A stretch of DNA of 64,000 bases, taken from assembly GCA_037140475.1 (NCBI GenBank), contig JBAXEJ010000004.1, positions 1,599 to 65,598 of the forward strand, given 5' to 3'. Below are positions 31,389 through 40,770 of the stretch, in pieces. The notes beneath the pieces are model-generated. The model was not told where the DNA came from. It saw only the letters and a program-made list of their open reading frames with translations, and searched no databases. Made by a program: the position numbers and the translations under genes. This DNA is from Gallionellaceae bacterium (lineage in GTDB: Bacteria; Pseudomonadota; Gammaproteobacteria; Burkholderiales; Gallionellaceae). Each line of letters opens with the position of its first letter. The first letter of the stretch is position 1.

Positions 31389-31954
31389 GGTTTACCCTCC
31401 AAGAAATTCTTCAGCATGTCGTGGCCGTGTTCCGTCAAAATCGACTCTGGATGAAATTGCACACCATGCACCGCCAGCGTCTTATGCCGCACCCCCATGA
31501 TCTCACCATCATCCGTCCACGCCGTCACTTCTAGGCAATCCGGCATGGAAGTGCGTTCGATTACCAGCGAGTGGTAACGCGTTGCCGTAAAGCGATTAGG
31601 CAGTCCTGTGAACACGCTGTTGCTGTTGTGATTGATCAGCGAAGTTTTGCCGTGCATCACTGTCTTGGCATGAATAATTTTGCCGCCGAATGCTTGGCCG
31701 ATACTTTGGTGCCCGAGGCACACGCCAAGCAAGGGAATTTTTCCTGCGAAATGATTGATCGCTGCTACCGAAATACCTGCCTCATTCGGCGTACACGGGC
31801 CAGGCGAAATCACAATGTGTTGCGGCTTTAATTTTTCAATTTGTTCTACGCTAATTTCATCATTTCGGTGCACAATCACCTCGGCACCCAGCTCAGCGAA
31901 ATACTGCACTAGGTTATAGGTGAAGGAGTCGTAGTTATCGATCATTAGTAACAT
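31385..31954 (-). CDS. trpG: anthranilate synthase component II (glutamine amidotransferase)
   Basis: Class-I GATase motifs GVCLGHQ and HPES. ATGA overlap with trpD. Confidence 0.93.
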   Translation of the reverse strand: MLLMIDNYDSFTYNLVQYFAELGAEVIVHRNDEISVEQIEKLKPQHIVISPGPCTPNEAGISVAAINHFAGKIPLLGVCLGHQSIGQAFGGKIIHAKTVMHGKTSLINHNSNSVFTGLPNRFTATRYHSLVIERTSMPDCLEVTAWTDDGEIMGVRHKTLAVHGVQFHPESILTEHGHDMLKNFLEGKP

Positions 31955-31966
31955 ATTCGCATCTCC

Positions 31967-33454
31967 TTAGCGATGCACTTTGGCGTCAAGTCCATCCAAC
32001 ACCATCTCTGCCGCGCGTAACACCGCACGCGCTTTGTTTTGCGTTTCCATCCATTCACTTTCAGGCACCGAGTCTGCCACGATGCCAGCACCCGCTTGCA
32101 CATAAAGCGTTTGGTTTTTTACGACGGCCGTACGTAGCGCAATCGCCACATCCATATCGCCATTAAAACCAAGATAGCCTACCGCGCCCGCATAGATGCC
32201 ACGTTTGCTTGGCTCCAGTTCGTCGATGATTTCCATCGCGCGCACTTTCGCTGCACCGCTCACCGTACCCGCTGGAAATGTTGCCTTCAGCACATCCATC
32301 GCCCCCAAACCTTGCTTCAGCCTTGCTTCCACATTAGAAACAATATGCATCACATGCGAATAGCGCTCAATCACCATTTTGTCTGTAAGTTTCACTGTGC
32401 CATTTTGTGCGACACGGCCAATGTCATTACGGCCTAAATCTATCAGCATCAAATGCTCAGCCAATTCTTTCGGGTCAGCCAATAGCTCTTCTGCCAGAGC
32501 CACATCTTCTTGCTGCGTTTTTCCGCGCGGACGCGTACCTGCAATTGGTCGCACCGTCACCGTTTCGTTTTCCAAGCGCGCCAAGATTTCTGGCGAAGAA
32601 CCCACTACATGATGATCGCCCATGTCGTAGTAGAACATGTAAGGCGATGGATTGATGCTACGCAAGGCTCGGTAAAGTGATAGCGGTGAAGCCGCGAACG
32701 GTTGCACCATGCGCTGCGCCAACACCACTTGCATGATGTCGCCATCAAAAATGTAACGCTTGGCTTTTTCGACGGCCTGCTTAAATGCTACTTCGCCAAA
32801 TTCCGATTTCGCTTCAACACGTACAGAGGAGGGGACTTCTGGAATTTTAACGGGCTGACGCAAGCTACGCTGCAACTGATCCAAACGCTGAAGCGCTTTT
32901 TGATACGCATCACTCAGCGCTGGATCGGCATACACAATGAAAGTCAGCTTGCCGGAGAGGTTGTCGATCACTGCAAGTTGCTCAGTTAGCATCAGCAAAA
33001 TATCGGGTGTGCCAATGACATCTTTTTTAACTGTCTTTGCCAGACGCGGCTCGATGTAGCGCACCGTGTCGTAACCGAAATATCCTGCTAAACCACCAGT
33101 AAAACGTGGCAAGCCAGACAGCGGCGCCACTTTGAATTGAGATTGATACTTCTCAATATAGTCAAGTGGTTGCAAAACATCTTCAACCACCTCTTTGTCG
33201 TCAGTCGTCAAGGTTACTTGATTGCCGCGCACGCTAATCCGCGTAGTGGCGGGTAAACCGATAAACGAGTAGCGACCGAAACGCTCGCCTCCCTGTACCG
33301 ACTCCAGCAAATAGGAAAACGGTTGATTGGCTAATTTGAGGTAAAGAGATAGAGGCGTATCGAGATCGGCAAAAGTTTCGACAACCAGCGGAATTCGGTT
33401 ATAGCCCTGCTGAGCCAAGGCTTGAAATTCTTGTTCGGTGATGGGGTGCAACAT
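31967..33454 (-). CDS. trpE: anthranilate synthase component I
   Basis: LLESV Trp-feedback region and C-terminal chorismate-binding motifs ([22 protein letters not shown]). AGGAGG lies 6 nt upstream of the ATG. Confidence 0.95.
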   Translation of the reverse strand: MLHPITEQEFQALAQQGYNRIPLVVETFADLDTPLSLYLKLANQPFSYLLESVQGGERFGRYSFIGLPATTRISVRGNQVTLTTDDKEVVEDVLQPLDYIEKYQSQFKVAPLSGLPRFTGGLAGYFGYDTVRYIEPRLAKTVKKDVIGTPDILLMLTEQLAVIDNLSGKLTFIVYADPALSDAYQKALQRLDQLQRSLRQPVKIPEVPSSVRVEAKSEFGEVAFKQAVEKAKRYIFDGDIMQVVLAQRMVQPFAASPLSLYRALRSINPSPYMFYYDMGDHHVVGSSPEILARLENETVTVRPIAGTRPRGKTQQEDVALAEELLADPKELAEHLMLIDLGRNDIGRVAQNGTVKLTDKMVIERYSHVMHIVSNVEARLKQGLGAMDVLKATFPAGTVSGAAKVRAMEIIDELEPSKRGIYAGAVGYLGFNGDMDVAIALRTAVVKNQTLYVQAGAGIVADSVPESEWMETQNKARAVLRAAEMVLDGLDAKVHR

Positions 33455-33474
33455 AAAAACCTCCTAGGTGTTGT

Positions 33475-33528
33475 GTAGGTCGGGTTTTAACCCGACGAAT
33501 GTTTATGTCGGGTTAAAACCCGACCTAC
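33475..33528. repeat. perfect 22-bp inverted repeat with 10-nt spacer (REP-like or attenuator-like palindrome)
   Basis: gtaggtcgggttttaacccgac (33475-33496) is the exact reverse complement of gtcgggttaaaacccgacctac (33507-33528). Each arm also contains its own gtcggg/cccgac hairpin. Confidence 0.8.
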
Positions 33529-33531
33529 GTT

Positions 33532-33570
33532 TCAGCACCATCGCCAACAAAGAAGGTTTTCAGAATTCAT
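33532..33570 (-). promoter_or_regulatory. candidate trp leader peptide ORF (MNSENLLCWRWC)
   Basis: 12-codon ORF with two Trp codons separated by one Arg codon. It starts 2 nt after the gph stop and ends 3 nt before the palindrome, 77 nt upstream of trpE. No own Shine-Dalgarno sequence. Confidence 0.45.
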
Positions 33571-33572
33571 TT

Positions 33573-34262
33573 TTACGCGCGCTTGATTAGTGGCAACACG
33601 CCAGTCAAATCAGCAATCACCGCATCCACATTGAGCGTCTCAACAGGCTCGCCGTGGTTGTATCCATAAGGTACGCAAAATATCGGGCAACACGCAGCTC
33701 GTGCAGCCTGCATATCGCTGAGCGAATCGCCAACTAATAATAACTGCTCAATCGGCACACCAAAAAATTTAGCCGCATGTATCAACGGCATCGGATGCGG
33801 CTTCTTCTCAGGTAGCGTATCGCCCGCCAATATGATGTCGAAATAATGTGCCATGCCAATGCCCTTGAGCAAGGGAGCGGTGTAACGCTCCACCTTGTTC
33901 GTAATGCAACCTAAACGAAAACCAGCCGCTTTCATCGCATCCAAACTAACCATCACATTAGGAAAAGGCTTGCTCTCTAACAACAGCTCCGTGTAATGCT
34001 TTTCAAAAATCGGCAATGCCTTATCGAACACAGCACTATCCGGCTCGGCGTGCATATCACCCGTCAACGCACGTTTTACCAACCAATGAATGCCATTGCC
34101 GATATAGCTCATGAGCAAATCTTGCGACACGGGAGGACGTCCCATATCGCGCAACATACGATTGGCTGACTCTGCCAATTCAGGCGCGGTGTGTAACAAC
34201 GTACCATCGAGATCGATAACAATCGCGGCGATATTCAAGGGAGGAGTAAATGTTGTAGTCAT
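33573..34262 (-). CDS. gph: phosphoglycolate phosphatase (HAD)
   Basis: IVIDLDGTLLHT HAD motif I. Conserved rpe-gph-trpE context. Confidence 0.9.
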   Translation of the reverse strand: MTTTFTPPLNIAAIVIDLDGTLLHTAPELAESANRMLRDMGRPPVSQDLLMSYIGNGIHWLVKRALTGDMHAEPDSAVFDKALPIFEKHYTELLLESKPFPNVMVSLDAMKAAGFRLGCITNKVERYTAPLLKGIGMAHYFDIILAGDTLPEKKPHPMPLIHAAKFFGVPIEQLLLVGDSLSDMQAARAACCPIFCVPYGYNHGEPVETLNVDAVIADLTGVLPLIKRA

Positions 34263-34265
34263 AAA

Positions 34266-34652
34266 TTAATGTGTTGTGGCAGGTTTAGATTTCGCAGCCC
34301 CTTTAGCAGCTTTAGGCGTCGCAGCATCAGCCTCAGAAGCGGCGGAGGTCGCAACTGGGGCAACAGGAACAACGACCGGCTTAGACGGTATCGAAGGGTT
34401 GTTTCTCTTCATCATCGGATCAAGCAGATTGGTATTAATTTCCTTATCCGCCGCCTTCCAACCCGTAAGAATTGAAGTCGGACTTAAAGTTGCATTATCT
34501 TTCATGCAGTCTTCGGGCGCTTTAAACGAAACACGGCAAGCAAAACCAATCGAAGCCGCGTCTGCCTCTTTTTTCTCTCCCGCCCCCGTGATCTTGTCAC
34601 ATGCAGAAAGAGCCAGCACCGCAATCAGCAAGAGTGAAGGAGAGGTTCGCAT
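34266..34652 (-). CDS. small lipoprotein with low-complexity Ala/Pro/Lys tail
   Basis: Lipobox LLLIAVLALSA-C. Gaps to the flanking rpe and gph genes are 2-3 nt. No recognised family. Confidence 0.65.
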   Translation of the reverse strand: MRTSPSLLLIAVLALSACDKITGAGEKKEADAASIGFACRVSFKAPEDCMKDNATLSPTSILTGWKAADKEINTNLLDPMMKRNNPSIPSKPVVVPVAPVATSAASEADAATPKAAKGAAKSKPATTH

Positions 34653-34654
34653 GA

Positions 34655-35338
34655 TTACACCTTAGCCAATTCAGCACGCAGTTCAGCGATGATGGTGTTG
34701 TAATGATTTTTATCTTTGTCATTACGCTTACCAAACACCGCAGAGCCTGCCACAAACGTATCAACACCCGCCGCGGCCACTTCACGAATGTTTGCTGGGC
34801 CTACACCACCGTCGATTTCCAAACGAATATTTAAACCCAATGCGTCAATCATCTTGCGCACAGCGCGTGCTTTGTCCAACACATGAGGAATAAATTTCTG
34901 ACCGCCAAAACCGGGGTTCACGGACATCAACAACACCATGTCTAATTTTGGCAGTGTGTATTCCAAAATATCCAGTGGAGTTGCAGGGTTGAAAACCAAA
35001 CCCGCTTTGCAACCGCTCTCTTTAATCAAACCAATGGTGCGGTCGATATGCTCAGACGCTTCAGGGTGGAAGGTAATATAAGTCGCACCTGCTTTAGCGA
35101 AGTCAGGAATGATGCGGTCAACCGGCTTCACCATCAGATGCACGTCGATGGGGGCAGTTACGCCATGCTTACGTAAAGCTTCACACACCAAAGGCCCAAT
35201 AGTCAGATTAGGCACGTAATGATTGTCCATTACGTCAAAGTGCACGATGTCCGCGCCGGAAGCCAACACGTTATCAACTTCTTGACCTAACTTAGCAAAG
35301 TCAGCGGAGAGAATCGAAGGGGCGATCTGGTAATCCAT
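34655..35338 (-). CDS. rpe: ribulose-phosphate 3-epimerase
   Basis: [22 protein letters not shown] and [10 protein letters not shown] motifs. Start set at ATG 35338 (MDYQIAPS). Confidence 0.95.
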   Translation of the reverse strand: MDYQIAPSILSADFAKLGQEVDNVLASGADIVHFDVMDNHYVPNLTIGPLVCEALRKHGVTAPIDVHLMVKPVDRIIPDFAKAGATYITFHPEASEHIDRTIGLIKESGCKAGLVFNPATPLDILEYTLPKLDMVLLMSVNPGFGGQKFIPHVLDKARAVRKMIDALGLNIRLEIDGGVGPANIREVAAAGVDTFVAGSAVFGKRNDKDKNHYNTIIAELRAELAKV

Positions 35339-35443
35339 GATTTGATCCTTATAGTTTGAAATTTGGACGCACATTCTAACCGAAACATTTACAAACGGGA
35401 CACTGCCCTTGTCAGGCAAAGCAAAATGCGGTGAAATGCACTC

Positions 35444-35827
35444 ATGGAAAATTCACAACACTATCGCATCCAAGTTACCGTCAAGGTTAAATATCTGGAA
35501 GAACAATCGGACGAGGCGGAGGGCCGCTTCGTTTTTGCCTACACCATTACCGTAAGCAATGAGGGTAATGAAACCGTCAAATTGCTTAGACGTCACTGGA
35601 TCATTACTGACGCCAATAACCATGTGCAAGAAGTGAAAGGTAAAGGCGTGGTGGGTGAGCAGCCGGTGATTCATCCGGGGCAAAGTTTTGAATACACCAG
35701 TGGCACAGTATTGGCTACGCAGGTGGGCACCATGTCAGGTAGCTATCAAATGGCGGTAGATGATGGCACCGAGTTTCCGGTCAACATTCCCCAGTTTGTG
35801 TTGAGCGTGCCACGCGTTCTGCATTAA
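35444..35827 (+). CDS. apaG: ApaG (DUF525) protein
   Basis: 127 aa. [10 protein letters not shown]…[16 protein letters not shown] pattern of ApaG. Confidence 0.9.
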   Translation: MENSQHYRIQVTVKVKYLEEQSDEAEGRFVFAYTITVSNEGNETVKLLRRHWIITDANNHVQEVKGKGVVGEQPVIHPGQSFEYTSGTVLATQVGTMSGSYQMAVDDGTEFPVNIPQFVLSVPRVLH

Positions 35828-35831
35828 CACC

Positions 35832-36425
35832 ATGTCGCTCAAAACCAGTTACCGTTTTATCGCTCCGTTCTACGATTTTTTTCTGCAACCCGCGACAGTA
35901 GAAGCTCGCAAACGTAGCCTAGCGAGGCTCCCTCAGCATGGTTGCTTAAAAGTTTTAATCAACGGCGCTGGCACAGGCTTAGATTTTCCATTACTACCGC
36001 AACATCACCAATACACTGCATTAGACCTAACACGCGAGATGCTACTGCGCTCCTTACATCAAGGGCCCAATTTACAAATGGCGCGCACGCAGGGCGATGG
36101 CATGAGCCTGCCCTTCGCTAACGAAAGTTTTGATGTCGTCGTGTTACACCTCATCTTGGCGGTAGTGCCGCAACCTGAGCGTTGCTTGGCGGAAGTAAGC
36201 AGAGTGCTAAAACCCGGTGGACGTATTCTGGTATTTGATAAATTTTTGCGGCGCAATCAGCACGCTTGGGTAAGGCGCACTTTAAATATTTTCATTTCAC
36301 ACATCGCCACTCGACTTGACGTGGTGTTTGAAGACGTTTTGGCAACAACGCCGGAATTATGTTTGATCAGCGATGAGCCTGCCTTAGCGAATGGCTGGTT
36401 TCGCCTCATTGAATTACAAAAATAA
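35832..36425 (+). CDS. class I SAM-dependent methyltransferase
   Basis: Motif I VLINGAGTGLDF and post-I/II segments (LKPGGRILVFD). Confidence 0.75.
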   Translation: MSLKTSYRFIAPFYDFFLQPATVEARKRSLARLPQHGCLKVLINGAGTGLDFPLLPQHHQYTALDLTREMLLRSLHQGPNLQMARTQGDGMSLPFANESFDVVVLHLILAVVPQPERCLAEVSRVLKPGGRILVFDKFLRRNQHAWVRRTLNIFISHIATRLDVVFEDVLATTPELCLISDEPALANGWFRLIELQK

Positions 36426-37574
36426 ATGAAACTCAATACAATCAAATCGTTATCGTTATTTTTTTGTGCGTTATTGGCCGCCTGCCAAACGCCGCCCGCT
36501 GCGCAAAAACCGCCTGTCGTCCACCCAGCTTTTCTGCCTAGCCAATGGGCTCAACTCCCAGACTGGTCCACGCAAAATCTCGCTCCCTCGTGGCCCGCGT
36601 TACAACAAAGCTGCCGTGCGTTAAAACTCAAGCCGCATTGGCAGCCAATTTGCGCAGCTAGCGAACAAGTAAGCGCGACTGACTCCAGCGCTCAGCACGC
36701 TTTTTACGAAACTTGGTTTGCTCCTTACCAAGTAATTAATCCCGATGGTAGCTCGCAAGGCATGATTACCGGCTACTACGAGCCCTTACTCAAAGGCAGT
36801 CGCACAAAGAGCGAGCGCTTTCGCTACCCACTTTATGGCGTGCCGGAGGATTTACTTGAGGTAGATCTCAGCGAAATTTATCCGCAATTTAAAGGCATGC
36901 GTTTGCGTGGCAAGTTGAAGGGTAAAAAAATTGTGCCCTACTACAGTCGCGCAGAGATTGATGCAAACGCCTCTCCGCTTAAAGGACGCGAATTATTTTG
37001 GGTAGAAAATGCAGTGGAGCTCTTTTTCTTGCAGGTGCAAGGCTCTGGGCGCATTGAACTGGAAGATGGCAGCCAGGTGAAAATTGGTTACGCCGAGCAA
37101 AATGGCCACCCCTACGTTTCCATCGGCAAAAAATTAGTTGAAATGGGCGAGCTAAAACTGGAAGAGGTTTCCATGCAAGGAATCACAACTTGGGCGGAAA
37201 AAAATCCTGATCGCTTAAGCACCTTGCTAGGACAGAACCCCAGCTATGTATTTTTCCGTGAACTGGCCAACTCACTCTCTGCTCCACTCGGCGCGCTGGG
37301 CGTGCCACTCACCAATGAATACAGCATTGCCATTGACCCTCGCACCATTCCACTAGGCGTACCAGTATTGCTTTCAACTACCTACCCTAATAGTGAAGAG
37401 ACACTTAACCGTTTGATGTTTGCGCAAGATACCGGTGGCGCAATTCGCGGTGCGGTACGCGCTGATTTCTTTTGGGGCTTTGGCGAAGCTGCCGGCATAA
37501 AGGCAGGGAATATGAAACAGCAAGGACGTCTATGGGTGTTCTTCCCCAAAGGCACGGAGCCCTTGGCCAATTAG
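36426..37574 (+). CDS. mltA: membrane-bound lytic murein transglycosylase A
   Basis: Lipobox LLAAC. MltA-type blocks (GYYEP, FWVEN…FLQVQGSG, DTGGAIRG). Confidence 0.9.
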   Translation: MKLNTIKSLSLFFCALLAACQTPPAAQKPPVVHPAFLPSQWAQLPDWSTQNLAPSWPALQQSCRALKLKPHWQPICAASEQVSATDSSAQHAFYETWFAPYQVINPDGSSQGMITGYYEPLLKGSRTKSERFRYPLYGVPEDLLEVDLSEIYPQFKGMRLRGKLKGKKIVPYYSRAEIDANASPLKGRELFWVENAVELFFLQVQGSGRIELEDGSQVKIGYAEQNGHPYVSIGKKLVEMGELKLEEVSMQGITTWAEKNPDRLSTLLGQNPSYVFFRELANSLSAPLGALGVPLTNEYSIAIDPRTIPLGVPVLLSTTYPNSEETLNRLMFAQDTGGAIRGAVRADFFWGFGEAAGIKAGNMKQQGRLWVFFPKGTEPLAN

Positions 37575-37591
37575 AGATCGAGAAAGTTTCG

Positions 37592-38002
37592 ATGACAAAA
37601 AATTCAACTCATCCTCCGGACAACAACAAACTCCGTGTCGACAAATGGCTATGGGCTGCGCGTTTTTTCAAAACACGCGCCATCGCCGTTGAGGCGATTG
37701 AGTGCGGCAAGGTGCTGGTCAATGAGATACGCGTAAAACCCGCCAAAACCATTGATGTAGGCGACATGCTCACCATTCGCCTTGGGCCTTATTTATTTGA
37801 AATCGAAGTGCTGGGTTTATCCGATAAACGAGGCCCCGCACCGCAAGCGCAAAAGCTGTATCAAGAAACTGCAGAAGGCAGAAAAAAACGTGAGGCCTTA
37901 GCCGAAGAAATTAAAGCGCAACCGAAACCTTCTGAGCTAAAAGGTCGCCCCACCAAACGCGACCGACGTGAGATCGAGCGTTTTAAAGTGGGCGCGTGGT
38001 AG
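37592..38002 (+). CDS. hslR: S4-domain RNA-binding heat-shock protein 15
   Basis: LRVDKWLWAARFFKTRA S4 motif. Start set at ATG 37592, downstream of the mltA stop. Confidence 0.85.
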   Translation: MTKNSTHPPDNNKLRVDKWLWAARFFKTRAIAVEAIECGKVLVNEIRVKPAKTIDVGDMLTIRLGPYLFEIEVLGLSDKRGPAPQAQKLYQETAEGRKKREALAEEIKAQPKPSELKGRPTKRDRREIERFKVGAW

Positions 38003-38010
38003 TTATTCTT

Positions 38011-38637
38011 TCACCACTTCGGCATCCAGATCAGAAGTAAAGAAATCAACGCCAGCACAATCAAATACTGTCCAATTTGGCCGCTCATCACGCCCGCTAC
38101 GCGATCATTAACGTTGTTTTGCTCTTCTTGCATCGCCACTGCCGATTTTTCTAACTGCTCAACCAACGGCCGATCAATTCCAAAAACAATTGCATCCGCC
38201 TGAAGACGCGCTTGCATGCCATTCGCCACCAATAGCTCTTTGGCGGCCTTATATTTCTCAAAGTTTTTGTCGTGCATAGAGATGAAAATCCAGAGCGGAT
38301 CGGTAATTCTTTGCACTTCATTGACTTCAATGATGTCTTTTACTAAATCTCGAATAGCCTGATGTTTTAATTCAAATTCCTGCCAATTTTTGTTAAGCGA
38401 CGCTTGGTTTTCACTTCGCAATAAGAGGTTTTTCCACTCTTGCACCCCATTCTTGTGTTCAACTTCCAAATGATGAATCGCGAGTGAGTTGTCCGAGGCC
38501 AACTTCAGTTGGTGCGTTAAATGCGAAGTAGCCGACCAGATGATGTAGATAAAGAAAAGGAAAAAAACAGACACGCCAAGCTTGACCAGAACGATCTTAG
38601 ACGATGCGCCTTTAACTTCATTATGCTGTATTTCCAT
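38011..38637 (-). CDS. stand-alone two-TM protein with helical periplasmic (4HB/CHASE3-like) sensor-type domain and no output domain
   Basis: TM1 VSVFFLFFIYIIWSA, about 150 helical residues, and TM2 at the extreme C-terminus. Start set at ATG 38637 (AAGGAG 8 nt upstream). The family call is tentative. Confidence 0.55.
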   Translation of the reverse strand: MEIQHNEVKGASSKIVLVKLGVSVFFLFFIYIIWSATSHLTHQLKLASDNSLAIHHLEVEHKNGVQEWKNLLLRSENQASLNKNWQEFELKHQAIRDLVKDIIEVNEVQRITDPLWIFISMHDKNFEKYKAAKELLVANGMQARLQADAIVFGIDRPLVEQLEKSAVAMQEEQNNVNDRVAGVMSGQIGQYLIVLALISLLLIWMPKW

Positions 38638-38720
38638 GTATCGATCTCCTTGCTTCTTCAGCCACTTAAAGAACATGGCAAAATATTTATTAGTTGTTGC
38701 ATGCCAGCCGCCTTCGGTTG

Positions 38721-40331
38721 CTAGGGCTTCAGACTCTCCGCACTAGCCTGCTTTGAAATGCGCGCCGTAAACCAAAAAACGCACCCTTTGCCAGCTTCGC
38801 TTTCAACACCAATCTCACCACCCATCAAACGTGCAAGGCGCCGACTAATAGCAAGCCCAAGCCCCGTACCACCATATTCCCGCGTGCTAGAGTCATCCAC
38901 TTGCTCAAAAATATTAAACAATCTTTTTTGATCTTCTCGTGCGATACCAATGCCTGTATCACGAACTTCAAAACGCAGTAACGTGCCAGAGGCACTTTCT
39001 TCCGTCTGACTAATCGTTATTGCGACAGAACCTTGCGCGGTAAATTTAATCGCATTATTGACGAGGTTTAACAACACTTGCCCTAACCGCCCCTGATCTC
39101 CCTGCAATGGAAGGGTAGTTAGCTCAGCGGGGATATTGATAATTAGCTGCAAACCTTTAGCCTTGGCTTTATTGCCAACCAAAGCCAATATTTCCTCCAG
39201 CACGCTGTGCAACTTGAATGGCACCTGTTCAAACACCACCTGCTCTGCCTCAATTTTAGAAACCTCTAAAATATTATTAATCAATCTGAGCAAGTGGCTT
39301 GATGACTGCGATACTTTATTGAGTTGATCTATCTGTTTAGGGTCTGTCGCGCGATGCAATGCCAACTCGGTCATCCCCATAATGCCATTCATTGGTGTGC
39401 GCAACTCATGGCTCATGTTGGCAAGGAATGCACTCTTCGCACGGTTAGCTGCTTCGGCCCCCGCTTTAGCAATAGAAAGTTCAGCCGTGCGCTGCTGGAC
39501 CAAATGCTCAAGATTGTCTTGATAGTGTTTTAGCTCTGCTGCTGCTGCCTTACGATCAGAAATATCCGTGTGAGTGCCAACGAGTCGCAGCGGCTTACCT
39601 TCAGCCTCGCGCGCCACCACCATGCCGCGATCTAAAATCCATTTGTATTCGCCGTTTTTGCAAAGCACGCGGTGCTCATTGGCATAAACCGAAGCCCGCC
39701 CTTCAAGATAAGCCTGCACCGCAGCAAGTGTGGCAACCTTATCGTCGGGATGAATGCGTTTTTCCCATTCATCCAAACCTTGTCCAATCTCATCTTCCGA
39801 GTGGCCTAGCATTTCTTTCCAGCGTTTTGAAAAAAATACCGTGCTATTCGCAACATCCCAATCCCACAGTCCATCACCCGCACCTTCCACTGCAAATTTC
39901 CAGCGAAATTCACTTTCTTTCAGTTTCGCCTCAAGCTTAGCTCTAATTAAAGCGTGCCGCACCGCCTTACCAAGCGCATCATTCTCATAGCTGCCTTTAA
40001 CTAGATAATCCTGCGCACCTTCCTCCAGCGAAGCGATAGCCACATTCTTATCGGCATTGCTAGACAACACGATGATTGGCACGTCAGGCAACAGTTGGCG
40101 TATTTTACGCACCGTCTCCATACCAAAAGAATCGGGCAAATTGAGATCAAGTAACACAATGTTTGGCTTTTGCTTTAACACTTCTTTTTTAGCTTCGGCC
40201 AGCGTTTGCACCCAGCTCACAGCATCGTGCTCAATATCCGAACCAAAGCCCGCAAGTCGCAGATACACCTTGATTAAGGCAAAGTCGCCCTGTTCATCTT
40301 CAACCGCTAAAATTTTTATTTCATCGCTCAT
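38721..40331 (-). CDS. soluble receiver-PAS-histidine kinase
   Basis: N-terminal REC (ILAVEDE…VLLDLNLPD), PAS ([17 protein letters not shown]), HisKA H-box SHELRTP and HATPase G-boxes ([15 protein letters not shown]). No TM segment. Confidence 0.88.
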   Translation of the reverse strand: MSDEIKILAVEDEQGDFALIKVYLRLAGFGSDIEHDAVSWVQTLAEAKKEVLKQKPNIVLLDLNLPDSFGMETVRKIRQLLPDVPIIVLSSNADKNVAIASLEEGAQDYLVKGSYENDALGKAVRHALIRAKLEAKLKESEFRWKFAVEGAGDGLWDWDVANSTVFFSKRWKEMLGHSEDEIGQGLDEWEKRIHPDDKVATLAAVQAYLEGRASVYANEHRVLCKNGEYKWILDRGMVVAREAEGKPLRLVGTHTDISDRKAAAAELKHYQDNLEHLVQQRTAELSIAKAGAEAANRAKSAFLANMSHELRTPMNGIMGMTELALHRATDPKQIDQLNKVSQSSSHLLRLINNILEVSKIEAEQVVFEQVPFKLHSVLEEILALVGNKAKAKGLQLIINIPAELTTLPLQGDQGRLGQVLLNLVNNAIKFTAQGSVAITISQTEESASGTLLRFEVRDTGIGIAREDQKRLFNIFEQVDDSSTREYGGTGLGLAISRRLARLMGGEIGVESEAGKGCVFWFTARISKQASAESLKP

Positions 40332-40338
40332 TTTTTTC

Positions 40339-40770
40339 TCATCTAGCCGCATTAATCCATCGCTTACCCAACTCACCTACTGTTTCAACCAGCTGATTAA
40401 GATCCATCGGCTTGGTGTAGTAGTCTGAGGCGCCCAAATCACGTGTTTCTAAAATGTCACTTTCTGCATTTGATGTGGTCAGGACGACAACAGGAATATT
40501 ATTAAACGAGGCATCCCGTTTAATGAGGGAGAGGAATTCTCTCCCTGTCATGCGCGGCATATTCAGATCAAGCAAAATTAAATCAGGTCGCGGTACGGCT
40601 CCATATTTCTGCCCCTCTCTTCGCAAAAACTTTAAAGCCTCGTGCCCGTCCGCCACATGATGCAACGTTGCCAGAAACTTATTTTTCCCGATTGCCCATT
40701 GCACCAAACCAGCATCACCGCTCTCGTCTTCAATAAGCAAAATCACACGGGCGGACATGATATCAATCAT
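40339..40770 (-). CDS. single-domain (CheY-like) response regulator
   Basis: 143 aa. ILLIEDE…ILLDLNMPRMTG…T.S pattern. Overlaps the upstream kinase stop by 4 nt. Confidence 0.9.
   Translation of the reverse strand: MIDIMSARVILLIEDESGDAGLVQWAIGKNKFLATLHHVADGHEALKFLRREGQKYGAVPRPDLILLDLNMPRMTGREFLSLIKRDASFNNIPVVVLTTSNAESDILETRDLGASDYYTKPMDLNQLVETVGELGKRWINAAR

Noticed and set aside
34276-34665. 129-aa plus-strand ORF mirroring the small lipoprotein gene
   Set aside because: The minus-strand frame gives a clean lipobox signal peptide and fits the co-directional rpe-gph operon with 2-3-nt gaps. The plus-strand product is Ala/Gly/Ser low-complexity with no signals.
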